Counted from the stretch's first letter, positions 24,896 through 39,400 are shown. The stretch: 64,000 nucleotides of DNA from Haliotis cracherodii (GCF_022045235.1 NW_027266319.1:41540001-41604000), one strand, 5' to 3'. Translations and numbers: made by a program. The notes: generated by a model from the letters alone, not told the origin.

Positions 24896-26050
24896 GAGAA
24901 CGAACGGGACCACAAAGGGAGTTCTCTATAGCCATAATTTCGTTACAAGCGTGTTCGTTATATCCATCAATTTTATATGATACACATCAAATGGTCGGGA
25001 CCAAAAGTTATAATCAAACTGTCAATCTTCTATAATAATTCTGAAGGCAACCAAGGAAAGCTTTATTAAATAGTGTTAGAGAATATATGAGACAAGTGGA
25101 GTTAACGACATGTGGATCTGGAAAACTGAATAAGATTTACTTGAACTCACACAATATCAGACAAGGAAAAACATTTTGAATTTTACCATTTTGATTTTTC
25201 CACCCTTTGTACAACTCTACCTCATGACACTCTCTAATCAATAAGGTTCTTTGCTTCCAAGAAAGGGTTTAAGAAATATAATGCTATAACATTTGATGGA
25301 TGTGATGAAAATAGATTTTCTCTGAAATATGCAGATACCCCAACACATGAGTTGCTGGTCTTCCTGCTTCACTTCATGGGAATTCCCTAATTATGACACG
25401 TCACTTGTCAACATGAAGCATGCTTCTACCCCATTATATGACCTTTTCAGGGACTAATTGGCACACACACATTTTCAGTGAACCATTCATAACATTTTCA
25501 TCATTCTGCCTTTTACGTCCTTTGGAATTTATTGAGGCAGATATTCTGACGTTTGGAATCCAGCAGCGTCGAGGAATGATGGGGTGTTTTTCAGCTACAG
25601 TGGCATTGCCTTTCGGGCGGAATACCACAACTCTATATCCTTTTGATACAATTAACAGATAGTAAACTTGATACTCACCAGTTGCATTTTATATAACAAA
25701 TATTTATATTATTCCTTTAAATAAGCAACAACATAGGGTTCTCTTATTTTGTTTATTGGCAGAGATTCACATGAAAGTGAGAGCAATATTTGTATTCTTT
25801 TATGAACAAGTGTGCCTCACTTACCCCTGAAAGCTGTGTACGTTAAGGACAGTATTATGCATGTACTTATATAACGATTTCGTACTTCATCATGATCAAC
25901 GACAGTAGTGTACACTAAAGACTGTATTGGGTTTTTTTCAAGAATAGAGATGTACCCCTGTGTCTATGACATAGTATTGAGCCTTGCTGAAAGCGTTTAA
26001 CTCTTATCTGGGTTATATCTCAAGAACACGGGTAAACCAAGAATGGCCAT

Positions 26051-26882
26051 GTACTTCAAGGGAAGTGATGTCCGCCAATACCATTGTTGTTGCTCAGTAA
26101 GAGTGTTGTACTTCAAGGGAAGTGATGTCCGCCAATACCATTGTTGTGGCTCAGTAAGAGTGTTGTACTTCAAGGGAAGTGATGTCCGCCAATACCATTG
26201 TTGTGGCTCAGTAAGAGTGTTGTACTTCAAGGGAAGTGATGTCCGCCAATACCATTGTTGTGGCTCAGTAAGAGTGTTGTACTTCAAGGGAAGTGATGTC
26301 CGCCAATACCATTGTTGTGGCTCCGTTAGAGTGTTGTACTTCAAGGGAAGTGATGTCCGCCAATACCATTGTTGTGGCTCCGTAAGAGTGTTGTACTTCA
26401 AGGGAAGTGGTGTCCGCCAATACCATTGTTGTGGCTCAGTAAGAGTGTTGTACTTCAAGGGAAGTGATGTCCGCCAATACCATTGTTGTGGCTCAGTAAG
26501 AGTGTTGTACTTCAAGGGAAGTGATGTCCGCCAATACCATTGTTGTGGCTCCGTTAGAGTGTTGTACTTCAAGGGAAGTGATGTCCGCCAATACCATTGT
26601 TGTGGCTCCGTAAGAGTGTTGTACTTCAAGGGAAGTGGTGTCCGCCAATACCATTGTTGTGGCTCAGTAAGAGTGTTGTACTTCAAGGGAAGTGATGTCC
26701 GCCAATACCATTGTTGTGGCTCAGTAAGAGTGTTGTACTTCAAGGGAAGTGATGTCCGCCAATACCATTGTTGTGGCTCCGTTAGAGTGTTGTACTTCAA
26801 GGGAAGTGATGTCCGCCAATACCATTGTTGTGGCTCCGTAAGAGTGTTGTACTTCAAGGGAAGTGGTGTCCGCCAATACCAA
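26051..26882. repeat. Near-perfect 57-bp minisatellite, ~14.5 copies
   Basis: Unit: GTACTTCAAGGGAAGTGATGTCCGCCAATACCATTGTTGTGGCTCAGTAAGAGTGTT. Confidence 0.95.
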
Positions 26883-28166
26883 TGCATTGTTGGACCTTAA
26901 GAAGAGATTTGTACTTCGAGAAGAGTGGATGTCAAGAATATTATTTTTTTGTGGGTTCGAATTCCGGTTCGCCACGACTATGTTTCTAGCTTTGTCAGCA
27001 CCATACCCGTGCTCGTGGGTTTCACCGAAGTGGTAAACGTCTGAGACCTGCATCACTTCGGGCTTTCCTTGCCACATGAAGCTGACACGCCGCGATATAA
27101 CTGGAACACTGTTCAAAGCGGCGTTAAACCCAACTTACTCACTATTTAAAACAGGGGCAGCGATGTGCCTAAAGAACAATACTAAGGTCTATGATGTTCC
27201 TTAGAAACACTGTACCCGTCGTCCTGTCACGGTGTTGCACCCAAAGAACACTATTTGACGTAAGAGTTGTGTTGCATCACAAGACTAGTTTTTGCATAAA
27301 ATTCAAAGAGTGTTCTTTCTTTTATGTAACCAAGTGTTAATTTCTGAACAATGTCTTCATTCTGTGTCTGGTAAACAATTATGGAATATTCCTTGGGTCG
27401 AATTCATGATTACGATCTGAAACAAACAAAACGACAAAACTGCCAATTTCGGACTAAGGTAAAGCGTATAAAACGTATAATTAAACCACACCACTAAATT
27501 TATGCGAAAGCACCCCATCCGTAGTGCTCTGCTCCCAGCAACTCATCTCTACCCTCACTGCTCCTGGCACCCCCTCCGCTATGCCACTGTTCTCTTCACT
27601 CTGACGTGGCACCCATACCATTCAACCCTATCACATTCTACTCCATCACCAAACAAGTCTCTATCGACCGAAAAATGTCCACATTGCCCATGCACCACCA
27701 CCACCCATTCACCCCGACATGTCTACAGGTACATGGTTGTGTTTTTTTATTGTATTGTGTCTGAAAAATGAGCCTTTACACGTTCTTTTAGTTCATAACC
27801 AGAAGAGAAAGAAAGTTTATTTAATAGCGTTGAATGTTGAATGTTGAATGACAGAACCCCGTCGCCCCGGTAACATCATTGTAACTCTGTCCGTCTAATA
27901 TCGACTTAAAGTCTAATGTAGATCAGTCCGAGAGATCAGCCTTAGTTGTGTGATTGAAAGGAAAGAACTCTGAATTCCTGATGATGCGCTTATGTTCACA
28001 TTTTGTATTTATAGTAATAGTAACAGTAGTCAATTTATATGGCGTTTCTCCCTGCTCAAAATCATGCTCAAAGCGCATTATTACCCCCGGTCAATGGATC
28101 AGTGTACACTTAACAATTTTTTCAGCTCCCCGGGGAGTATAAAAACCCAAGCTGCCTGTGAGGCGC

Positions 28167-28236
28167 ACCGTGTGCGAAATGCGCATCAGTCGGAAAGCGC
28201 ACGTAAAATCTCCAACTTAAGTAAGTAAGTAAGTAA
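28167..28236 (+). mobile_element. ~70-bp retroposed element with (TAAG)n tail
   Basis: 9-bp TSD GTGAGGCGC at 28158-28166 and 28237-28245. It matches 16766-16834 on the - strand. Confidence 0.8.
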
Positions 28237-29544
28237 GTGAGGCGCTAGAAGCTCAACAGCCACATTACCATCTCATCAGATGTGTTCTGAGTAATATATT
28301 TCAAGATATGATCAGCGTAGTGATTTAGTTTTCTTTGTTCCCTTGTTACTGATCAATCGATTTGTGTAATAATATATGTAGACAGGGTTGTTCTCTGCAG
28401 TAAAGAATGGCGCACCTATGATTGTTTTAAAAAAATTTAAACAAACGAGTAGCCATATTTATGATTTGATTTTAGTTTAACGTCACTTTCAACAGTGTTT
28501 TAAAATGTTTTCAGTGTGAGAGAAAAACTGTGACTCATTCGTGAGCAGTTATGACATTGGTGAAACCGGCGAGAGCGTGTATATTGTTGACAAACCAAGG
28601 GTTTGCATCATCATTACAGTAGCAGGGATATTAGGTATGTACCAAAACCTAAATGTGACACGGAAAAAGTGCAATTAGCTGGTATGAATCGACCACGATT
28701 TAAGAATTGGAGTTCATTGGAGTATGAACCGTTATAGAGTCAGGGCCAAACTGTATGAACATCGGAGCTTGCCTTTGCAAGTCGTGACCAGCCCTCCAAA
28801 CACGAAAACACTGTTTGTTGGGGATGCATTGGAGAAACCTCCAAAACCTATGCTAATGATACGGGTGTCGCAGCATCACAGCGTCACGACATGACATTAA
28901 TACACGCGTATGGAACTGCCATATTATCCTGTTACATAATAATCTATATCTGTATATATAATCACATTGTGCATTGATATAACTGAAATACTGTTCAAAT
29001 CTGAGTTAACCCAGAACTCACTCACCCACAGATGAAGAGGTGCTTAATGGTATGTATGTGGTAGACGACAGGCAGCCCTCACACTCATATGTCCCGTTTG
29101 TAGATATGGAAAATGTTTGCATTCGGGGTACTTCTGGGTTATCACAGATGTTGACAACGAACACATATACATACATACACTATTATCTCAAAGATTGATA
29201 CACAGTTAACAAGAAGGATTAACGGATATACTTAGCAATCAATGTCAAAACTATTATTAGTTAGTCCTGCTTCATTGTAAATACAGAAAGTGTTCAAACA
29301 CATGTCATCACACGTGGAGACATTATAGCAACAAAGCCCTCGCTCGTTTTGGGTATATTGGACAATTTAGAAAAGTGTTAATAACCATTCATCTAAACAC
29401 TTACCATGTTCAATAGATAATCCCAGTTACTGCGCAATAGAATACATAATGTGTCCGTATATGTGATGTGATTTAATGAAAGATGAAGTCGACTGAAACT
29501 CACGTACCGTCGATGCATGTCCCATGAAATCTGGCCGTTTGTAA

Positions 29545-29608
29545 TTACACGTGCACCTTGTTACTCTTTGGACTTTTAACCAGAGGTTTCTCTGGGGGTG
29601 CTTCCTGT
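29545..29608 (-). CDS. Small type I membrane protein, last coding exon (PQEAPPEKPLVKSPKSNKVHV*)
   Basis: Acceptor ttttcag. Phase 2 matches the preceding TM exon. TAA stop. Confidence 0.65.
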
Positions 29609-29696
29609 CTGAAAAGCGAAAACAAATCCACGATATATAATCAGTTCACCTCCCGTGATTTAACTTGATTATATATATTATCAGTACGCCATACTT

Positions 29697-30007
29697 TACT
29701 AAACTTGTATCCGCGATATATAACCATAGCGCCAGACTCGACTAAACTTGTATCCTCGATATATAACCATGGCGCAACACTTGACTAAACTTGTATCCAC
29801 CTTTATATAACCATAGCGCCACACTCGACTAAACTTGTATCCACGATATATAACCATAGCGCCACACTTGACTAAACTTGTATCCGCGATATATAACCAT
29901 AGCGCCACACTCGACTAAACTTGTATCCACGATATATAACCATAGCGCCACACTTGACTAAACTTGTATCCGCGATATACAACCATAGCGCCACACTTGA
30001 CTAAACT
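29697..30007. repeat. 43-bp minisatellite, ~7 copies (intronic)
   Basis: Unit: GACTAAACTTGTATCCACGATATATAACCATAGCGCCACACT(C/T). Confidence 0.9.
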
Positions 30008-30292
30008 CTGAACGCCATTCTAGAAAGTAGCAAAGTCTGGAGTAAAATTAAGGTTACACTGCAACTTGAACATGGATAGGGTATATTGAAATTAAACGTT
30101 ACATGTAAACTGTAACTTGTTTAGCCGATAACAAAATTATAACTCCCCACTTTAATATCATCTTCTACCGTCGTGAATACTTGATTCACGCTACACTTTG
30201 TTGAAATTTTGAAGAAATTGTTTTTGCGACATTATGTCTGTGATTGTATGTTATTTAGATGATAAAGACACATAAAAAATAATGAGACTCAC

Positions 30293-30404
30293 GGTTTTCT
30301 TAATCTGTGGATGAAGACAACAATAGCAACCACAATGATGAAACCGGCTGCACTCCCAGAGCCTATCATTAAGTAGAACAGCCAACCAACACCTTCACTT
30401 TCAC
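30293..30404 (-). CDS. Small type I membrane protein, transmembrane exon
   Basis: Splice sites cacgtag|...|gtgagt. It encodes GESEGVGWLFYLMIGSGSAAGFIIVVAIVVFIHRLRKP, a TM helix with basic stop-transfer residues. Phase 1-2. Confidence 0.75.
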
Positions 30405-31352
30405 CTACGTGAACAACGTTGAAACAAATATATAGGGTCATCAAATTAAATTGGTTTTCCCCAAACAAAAACATTTACAGATCTGTAACCCTGTACGTAT
30501 TAAACTTGTGAATGTATAATTGTTCTTATAAACAAACTTAGCAGGGATAAATCTGATAATCATTGATATATAACAGCATATATAATCTAACAGCACTTTC
30601 TAAATTAAGATAATTAGCACAACCCCTATGACAACGATAAGACTCCTCGACACAACAGTATATATGCAACTTGAAGTTAAGTTTGATTTGGCAAGTCTAG
30701 ATTGCCTCGGCTCCAGGCATTGTAGTGGGCACCATTTGAATTACATATATTTTGTATCTTGTGAATATATATATTTAGATGAGACAACTTTATTTCTGGG
30801 ACTAAATACTAGTATTACTCTAGTTGAAGATGTGTACTGATGTAAATTGGAGAGAGAGATCTGAACAAGACAGCGCCGGCCACTTGTGAGCACTTTGTTA
30901 TGTGGATTGAGTGAGTGTGGTGACTGGTGACAGTTCCCATACCTCTTATTCAACTGAAAAGCCCCGCTTGTCTGGGCAAGTTTCTCCGGAAACCTAACTC
31001 TCATGCCCGCCTTGCATCTGGGCCAGGCTAAGTACTCTGGGATACTTCATATTTGAATGTTGCAAAACTCGGTTATCAAGGCGAGTTGTGATTGTTTAAT
31101 TGAGGAATGTTTAAACTCACAGCCCAATGAACAGCAGGATACTGGAAATGATGCATGTCACTAAAATTAAACAGTGAGTGAGTATGGTTTAACGTCGCTT
31201 TAAACAGTATTCCATTTGCATGACAGGGTGTCAGATTGATGTGGGAGAAAAGTCGGAAGTGATGCAGGCCTCAGCCGTTTACCACTTAGGTGAAACCCAC
31301 GTGCGAGGATATGGTGCTGACAAACCTAGAAACAGGGCTTATCTGGGTACCA

Positions 31353-31930
31353 ACAACTCCTCATGGTATACATAATTAACTCCTCATAGTATACATAACT
31401 AACTCCTCATAGTATACATAAGTAACTCCTCATAGTGTACATAACTAACTCCTCATAGTGTACATAAGTAACTCCTCATAGTGTACATAACTAACTGTTC
31501 ATAGTGTACATAACTAACTCCTCATAGCGTACATAACTAACTCCTAATAGTGTACATTAGGAACTCCTCATGGTGTACATAACGAGCCTCTCATGGTGTA
31601 CATAACTAACTCCTCATAGTGTGCATAACTAACTCCTCATAGCGTACATAACTAACTCCTAATAGTGTACATTAGGAACTCCTCATGGTGTACATAACGA
31701 GCCTCTCATGGTGTACATAACTAACTCCTCATAGTGTACATAAACAACTCCTCTTGGTGTACATAAGGAACTCCTCATGGGGTAAATAAGGAACTCCTCA
31801 TTGTGTACATAAGGAACTCCTCATGGTGTGCATAAGGAGCTCCTCATAGTGTACACAAGGAACTCCTCATGGTGTACATAAGGAACTCCTCACGGTATAC
31901 ATAACTAATTTCTCATGGTGTACATAATTA
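31353..31930. repeat. 23-bp minisatellite (AACTCCTCATAGTGTACATAACT)n
   Basis: Direct tandem repeats. Confidence 0.9.
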
Positions 31931-32928
31931 CTCCTGGGGTAACTTGGTGCATTTACGTTAATTACGCGTTAATTGTTGCGCAACCCTTACAGTAGAAAGT
32001 TATTTGCGGAGGAACAAACGAATTCGTCAGTTTGTGCTCTGAGAGGCCTGAGGGTCATAGTACAGAGTGACGTAGTCTGAGAGTAAGTGGTGTCGCCTTG
32101 ATACCAGAGCGTGGTTAGTTTGCAGCGTAATTTGTAAGTAATACGGGATTTCCAATATCAGATACGATTGTAAAAGACTGGCATGGGTATATCCCTACCC
32201 TACCCCACCCCACCCCCTAAGACAAAGGTAGAGCATGGTCTGGTAATAGTTATTGTTGTATCTGTCGCTTAGAAAATAAGAAATGGTATTCGTCTTCGGT
32301 AAAGCAGCACGTACAGCAGTCCCACTGGTATAACTAACTATGTCAGGGTAGGAATCAACGACGATAGTTTAATGTCATCCTCCCGAGGCAAGAATGTCTC
32401 CAAGCCTATACCAAAGCTTGAAAACTAGGCTTTGGTATAGGCTACTGGACACCCTGGCCTAGGGAAGATGGTATATGTAGAGATGCCGAGTATCTGTACC
32501 TAAACATGACCGTGGTGAGACTTGTTGGATTCACTTGAACTCCTTCTCCTTCTCATCTTAGATATATCGGGATTTACTACTAGGCTTTGATACGGGGTAA
32601 TGTCCACGGCCTGGATCCTCTCGAAATCAAGAAGGCGCAATTATTGTCATACGTGACCTTGAGACTGTGTATAAGGAGGTTAGATAGGTCAAAAACCAGA
32701 TGTACGTCAGCAATTAAGATATAGCCAGGGGTTTTGATCAACTTGAATCAGCTTTGCCTGGACTGTCCGAGCCCTGTATCCATATAACGTGTTTGGTATA
32801 ACCTGGCCCAGGTGCACGAAGTGATCGTCACCAAGGAAAACTGGTACCTGGAGTTTAAGTACGATTATTTTGACAGAGATACAAATAGTAATATTCTTAA
32901 GGCTTTGGCGTTTTAATTCCTGTATTAC

Positions 32929-33015
32929 CTGGAGTTTCACTTTCTCCTGATCCGGAACCCTGAAGGTCATCCGGGCTATCCTCATCGTCTGCTGGCAGAG
33001 AACTGCTCCTCAGCC
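32929..33015 (-). CDS. Small type I membrane protein, exon 2 (acidic Ser-Gly segment)
   Basis: Splice sites gttgtag|...|gtaata. It encodes GLRSSSLPADDEDSPDDLQGSGSGESETP. Phase 1-1. Confidence 0.65.
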
Positions 33016-33996
33016 CTACAACAACACCCATCTGGTGAATGCACACTTGCCTTATCCATGACAATATGTCTCTGCATTGAAACACAAATGTTTGATGCAA
33101 GATTGGTTCCGAACAAACTGCATACGTTACATTTGCGAACGAAATAAAAAATCTGAACATAATTCAATGGTTAATGAAGACATGGTGTACTTGGGTAGCA
33201 TCATCTTTACTGTTTGTAACCACGTTTTGGGGATGCTTCGTGTCCCTTTATTCACCCGAAGCTTTGTCAGTATTCCAGTTATACCACAGCGTTTCAGCTT
33301 GGTCTGGGAGGAAAGCCCGAAGCGATGCAGGTCTCAGACGTTTACCACTTCGGTGAAACCCACGAGCACGGACATGATGCTGACAAAGCTAGAAACATAA
33401 TAGGGGCGGAGCGGGATTCAAACTCACAATCATAGGTTTTCGGCGTGCCCAAGGGATGCAACTCTGCATATCGAATTGCGGCGTGCCCCTACTCGTGATA
33501 AGTAACTACAACATTATTATAAACAACATACGAGACGAGTTCATACACTGAGTAGAAATACACAGCTGGTGCTTGGTGAGTTCGTGAGTCAGTCAGTGAG
33601 TCAATGTGTATGGTTTAACGCTCTTTTTTATTATTCCACCTACAATATAGCTTGAATAATAAAAAAAAGCTGGAATCATGAAAAAATAATGTCAAGACCG
33701 GAGAACACATAAAATGGGCTTCACGCGTTATACCAATATGAGAATGAAACCCAAGCCTTTGATGTGACGAACGGGCGATGTAACCACTCGGCTAAACCAC
33801 CTGTCCCAGTATGCCAGTGAGTGAGTACGCTGTTCATTAAAACTGAAACAATATGAGCAATAAGCAACGCGGAACTGTATGTCAAGGAGATATGTCTTAA
33901 ACCGACACTAATCATGAAACCAAGTCGACGCGCAACTGATGAGCATTGTAACTGTTTGTAAGTGTCCGTCTATCTGAACATACTGTATTAACTTAC

Positions 33997-34042
33997 CCAC
34001 GACCAAGACTGTGAGGATGAGAACGATATGGGACCACTTCAT
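33997..34042 (-). CDS. Small type I membrane protein, exon 1 (signal peptide MKWSHIVLILTVLVV)
   Basis: ATG followed by a hydrophobic stretch and a canonical phase-1 donor G|gtaagt. Confidence 0.7.
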
Positions 34043-36031
34043 TGTGTGAATACCAGGACCAGATATGACAGCATCAGTACAAGCAGACACGTGAAATCTT
34101 ACACCGGAAATACACCATCTATGGCTTTTGTTATCTCGCACCCGGAAGTGTAACACAATCGCGTCATTGAGGACGCATATGAAGGGCAAGTGAGCGGGGT
34201 TTTTTCATAATAGAGTAAAACTTTCATCTCACACACAAACTGTGATAATCGTTATCGCAAAAGGCTTTTATGTTTGATATGTTTCACGAATAAATAGCTT
34301 ATCTCACTGAAACAAGTACGGTTTCAAAATATCTATTTGAAATGTAATGGAATCCGCCCTCAAATATATATTTTATATCTCAACATCAACATCAACATAT
34401 GTAAGTTTTTGGCATGTTGTTGTTTGAAATATTTATTGCTAGTAATGAAGACATGTCTCTACCAGTTTCATAGGAAGTAGGCGCGGTGCTTGTCTCATCA
34501 TATTGAAGATAATCGCAGCTACAGAAATGTTACAATGAGAGAGCCAGGGATGTCAGACGCTGTTTATCCTGATGGAAGAACTGCATGTCATACACTTCAC
34601 AGGAATTCGCTGCCGGAGGAGCAAGACGTAGCTCTGAATCGTCGTGACGAAGAATGAGAGAAGTTATCAATAAAACAAGTGTCATATATACAAGATTAAA
34701 CGAGTCTCCGTTCCAAAATGTTATGAAAAGAAAAGGTAGTCGTATTAATAAGGGTACTTTGTTGGGCAAGACACACATGCTGAACAGTTAAGGGGTGGTT
34801 TGAGTATCGACGGGTGCAACCTTTGTTCATGTCAACAGAGGCCATGAGAACCCCATCTCTGTTACAGCTAAGTCAATCTTTATTTGGAACGACGTCACAG
34901 TCTTTTTCGATGGATGACGTCATCTTCAATTTGTTTTGACAATGCGCAGACATGAAGTCACAATCAGTACAAACTGGCGTCAACTAATCAATCAGCTCGA
35001 AGCAAATCCTATATTGTTTAGTGAGTGTAACCGAAATATATCTCACATAAGTATTATAATATGTTTGTTCGGAGGGTACAATTAATTCCCGATTATTTTT
35101 GTTACATAACATGGATAAACACTATTTGATGCTAAAATGAATAATTAGAATAAGAGTGACAAAGAGTGAGCTGGGTTTAACGCCGCTAACAGTTATATTA
35201 CGTCGTATCGCTTAAACATGTACCGTGGGTTTTGCGCTTGGAAACCATGGTTCATAATTAGGACTAATTTTGTATTGAATCCTGTTTCAGCTGATCCTTG
35301 CACTACTAAGGTGGGGGAGGGGGCAATTCTCCGCAAAATACAAATGTAGAGACGCACAAACTAAAATACAATATAATATTAAATTTTGAATGAGTGAGTG
35401 AGTATGATTTGATTAGCTGTATTTCAGTTGTACCACGATGTGTCAGCCGACGCGGGTCTAAAGGTTTGAAAAACCCACGAGTATGTGCATATAGTGCTGG
35501 AACTTAGAAACATATTCAGTTGCATCTGGCATCCTATGTTTCTGTCACGCCAAAGGGCCGCAACTCTGCAAGGCTAATTGCGACGCTTTAAACATTTGGG
35601 CCATGTGTGTTACTGCACTGAACGATGGATCATATCGTACCGAACCCTTCCCTTTAACAAACTACCAGTTAATATAAAATTAATACACACGCGGAAACAA
35701 TGGCGAAGTGTTAAATATAAGGCAGTTTAAGTTCGTCAACGAAACCGATACTTTTATGCGTAAAGCTAATAAAATTCATACGTGACGATCGACGTACGGA
35801 TCTGAAGCTGCCGACAGCTATGGGTATCAGTATAATTATGCAGTGGGCAATGGACGTTGTGAATCCTACAACTGATAGCAGGTGGTGCTGACATCTCCAC
35901 GCTCAGGCTCCACTTGCCCGCACAATCCCCTGTGTTCCGATGTGTCATCAGTCGAGCTTGTACTTACTTCCTTCCCCTGTCCCATCTACATCATACATTC
36001 AACAACACAACATTTCACGACCAGGCCTGAT

Positions 36032-36056
36032 ATGGGGTCGCTTGGGGTCATCAAGG
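36032..36056 (+). CDS. Orphan receptor, exon 1 (MGSLGVIKG)
   Basis: ATG and donor G|gtgagt. Phase 1 fits exon 2 and completes a signal peptide. This is the least certain exon. Confidence 0.5.
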
Positions 36057-36479
36057 GTGAGTTCATTACCTTGTATATAAGTCTTGCATGTTTCCGCACT
36101 TATATGTGTGTTACTTTAAAACATGTTATAGGCAATAACTATTTCAAACCTTTGGACTATGGGGTTTCTTGAAGGTCGTAATTTTAGTGTTATCTTCATT
36201 ATAGGTCTTTATATACAAACACCAACACGTAGCCGAAATTTAGTCAGTACCATACCAATGTAAACGTAATAAACGCCCCAGACCTGAATCACTTCGGAAT
36301 CCCCCTCACTTTCAGCTGATGTGCCGTTATATACGCCGAGATACTGAATGCAGTTACTCTCTCACTTGTAATGAACTGTGTTAATTATATTCGTATCGTA
36401 TCCTTTCGTCAGATGAATAGCTTGGGTTTGTATTGTTCTCTCTCAATGCTACATCAATTTAACAAGGGCCTATACGGAA

Positions 36480-39400
36480 ACGACCTAAGCACCAGACGTA
36501 TCAACCAGAACAACACATGCGAAAGACATTCCAGACTAACACATCAGACATGCAAATAAGACCAACACACCAGACCTATTCATCAGACCAACACATCAGA
36601 CCGACAATCTAGAAAAACACACAAAACCTACTCAACAGACCAACACTTCAGACCTACACATCAGACTTACACACCAGATCTACTCATTAGAGCAACACAC
36701 CGGATGAAAAAACCACACACAAGGCCTACCAACCAGCACTACAAACTAAATCTACACACCAGACCTACACACAAGACTCACAAGCTAGACCCACACACCA
36801 CACCAACATACCAGATCTACACACCAGACAAATACACCGGATCAACACACTAAACCCACTGGACACATCAGACCTACACACAAGACCTACTCAACAGACC
36901 TACACTCCGGACCTATTCATCAGACCTAAACTACAGACCTACTCATCAGACCTACACATCAGAACTACACACAAGACCTACTCATCAGACCTACACTCCA
37001 GACCTACTCATCAGACCTACACTTCAGACCTACGCACCTTAACATACACCAGATTCACAAGCTAAAATCCACACACCAGACCAACACACCGACCCAACAC
37101 ACCAGAACTATACTGAAGACCCACACACCAGACCCACACACCATACCAACACATCAGACCTACAGAACCAGACCTACACACCAGACAAACACACCAGACA
37201 AACACACCAGAAGAACACACCAGACCAACACTGGACCTACACACCAGACCTACTCAAAAGACCTACTCATCAGATCTACACTCCCGACCTACGCACCTTA
37301 CTACACACCAGATTAACTAGCTGTATGCACACACGGGACCAACATAACGACCCAACACATCAGACCTACACTGAAAACCCACACACCAGCCAAACACACC
37401 AGACATACTCACCAGACATAAGCGCCTCACCACACACCAGATTAACTAGCTGGATCCACACACCGGACCAACACACCGACCCAACAAACCAGACCTACAC
37501 TGAAGACCCACACACAAGACCCACACACAAGACCAACACACCAGACCTACACACCAGACCAACACACCAGACCTACAGAACCAGACCTACGTACCAGACC
37601 TACATACCAGACCCACATAAGACCAACACGCGCACCAGACATACGCACCTTACCACACACTAGATTAACAAGCTAGATCCACACACCGGACCAACACACC
37701 GACACAACACACTAGACCTACACTAAGGACTAACACACCAAACTTACATGCCAAACTAACACACCAGTCCAATACACGAGACCAATACACCAGATCAACA
37801 AACCAGACCTACTTACCGGACCCACACACCAGACCTACTCATCAGACATTCTCACCAGACCTACTCATCTGACCTACACACCAGGCCTTCTCACCAGACC
37901 TACTCACCAGACCTACTAATAAGACCTATACATCAGACCTACACATCAGACCTACTCATCAGACCTAAACTCCACACCTACACTCCACACCTACTCACCA
38001 GACCTACACTACACCCCTACCCATTTGACCTATACACAAAACCTACACATCAGACCTACACATCAGACCTACACATCAGACCTACACATAAAGCCTATTC
38101 ATCAGACCTAAACCCCAAACCTACTCATCAGACCTACACTCCACACCTACTCATCAGACCTACACTCCAGCCCTAGTCATTAGACCTATACACAAAACCT
38201 ACACATCAGACCTACACACAAAACCTACTCATCAGACCTACTCATCAGACCTACACTCGAGACCAACAAATCAGGCCTACTCATCAAACCAACACTCTAG
38301 ACCTACTCATTAGACCTACACACCAGACCTACTCATCAGACCTACACCCCAGACCTACTCATCAGACCTACACTACAGACCTACACATCAGACCTACACA
38401 TCAGACCTGCACATTAGACCTACCCACAAAACCTACTCATCAGACCTACACTCTAGAACTACTCATCAGACCTACACTCCAGACCTACGCACCTTAACAT
38501 ACACCAGATTCACAAGCTAAAATCCACACACCAGTCCAACACACCGACCAAACACACCAGAACTATACTGAAGACCCACACACCAGACCCACACATCAGA
38601 CCAACACATCAGACCTACAGAACCAGACCTACACACCAGACCTACTCAAAAGACCTTCTCATCAGACCTACACTCCAGACCTACGCACCTTAACATACAC
38701 CAGATTCACAAGCTAGATCCACACACCGGACCAACACACCGACCAAACACACCAGAACTATACTGAAGACCAACACACCAGACCCACACACCAGACAAAC
38801 ACATCAGACCTACAGAACCAGACCTACACACCAGAGCAACAAACCAGACCTACTCAAAAGACCTACTCATCAGATATACACTCCCGACCTACTCACCTTA
38901 CCACACACCAGATTAACTAGCTGGATGCACACACGGGACCAACACACCGACCCTTCACACCAGGCCTACACTGAAAACCCACACACCAGCCAAACACACC
39001 AGCCATACTCACCAAACATACGCACCTCACCACACACTAGATTCAGAACCGAGATCCACACACCGGACCAACATACCGACCCAACATACCAGACCTACAC
39101 TGAAGACCCACACACAAGACCAACACACCAGACCAACACACCAGACCTACACACCAGACCTACAGACCAAACCTACGTACCAGACCTACATACCAGACCT
39201 ACATAAGACCAACACGCGCACCAGACATACGAACTTTAACACACTAGATTAACAAGCTAGATCCACACACCGGACCAACACACCGACACAACACACTAGA
39301 CCTACACTAAGGACTAACACACCTAACCTACACGCCAGACTAACACACCAGTCCAATACACGAGACCAATACACCAGATCAACACACCAGACCTACAGAA

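Noticed and set aside
25997-26900. 296-aa and 285-aa repeat ORFs
   Set aside because: They are translations of a 57-bp minisatellite that is open on both strands, with no gene context.
28167-28236. Hammerhead ribozyme in the 70-bp element
   Set aside because: CTGATG and GAAA lie on opposite strands, so the catalytic core cannot form.
30943-31036. Possible extra exon of the - strand gene (EYLAWPRCK...LNKR)
   Set aside because: It ends in phase 2, which is incompatible with the phase-1 start of the TM exon.
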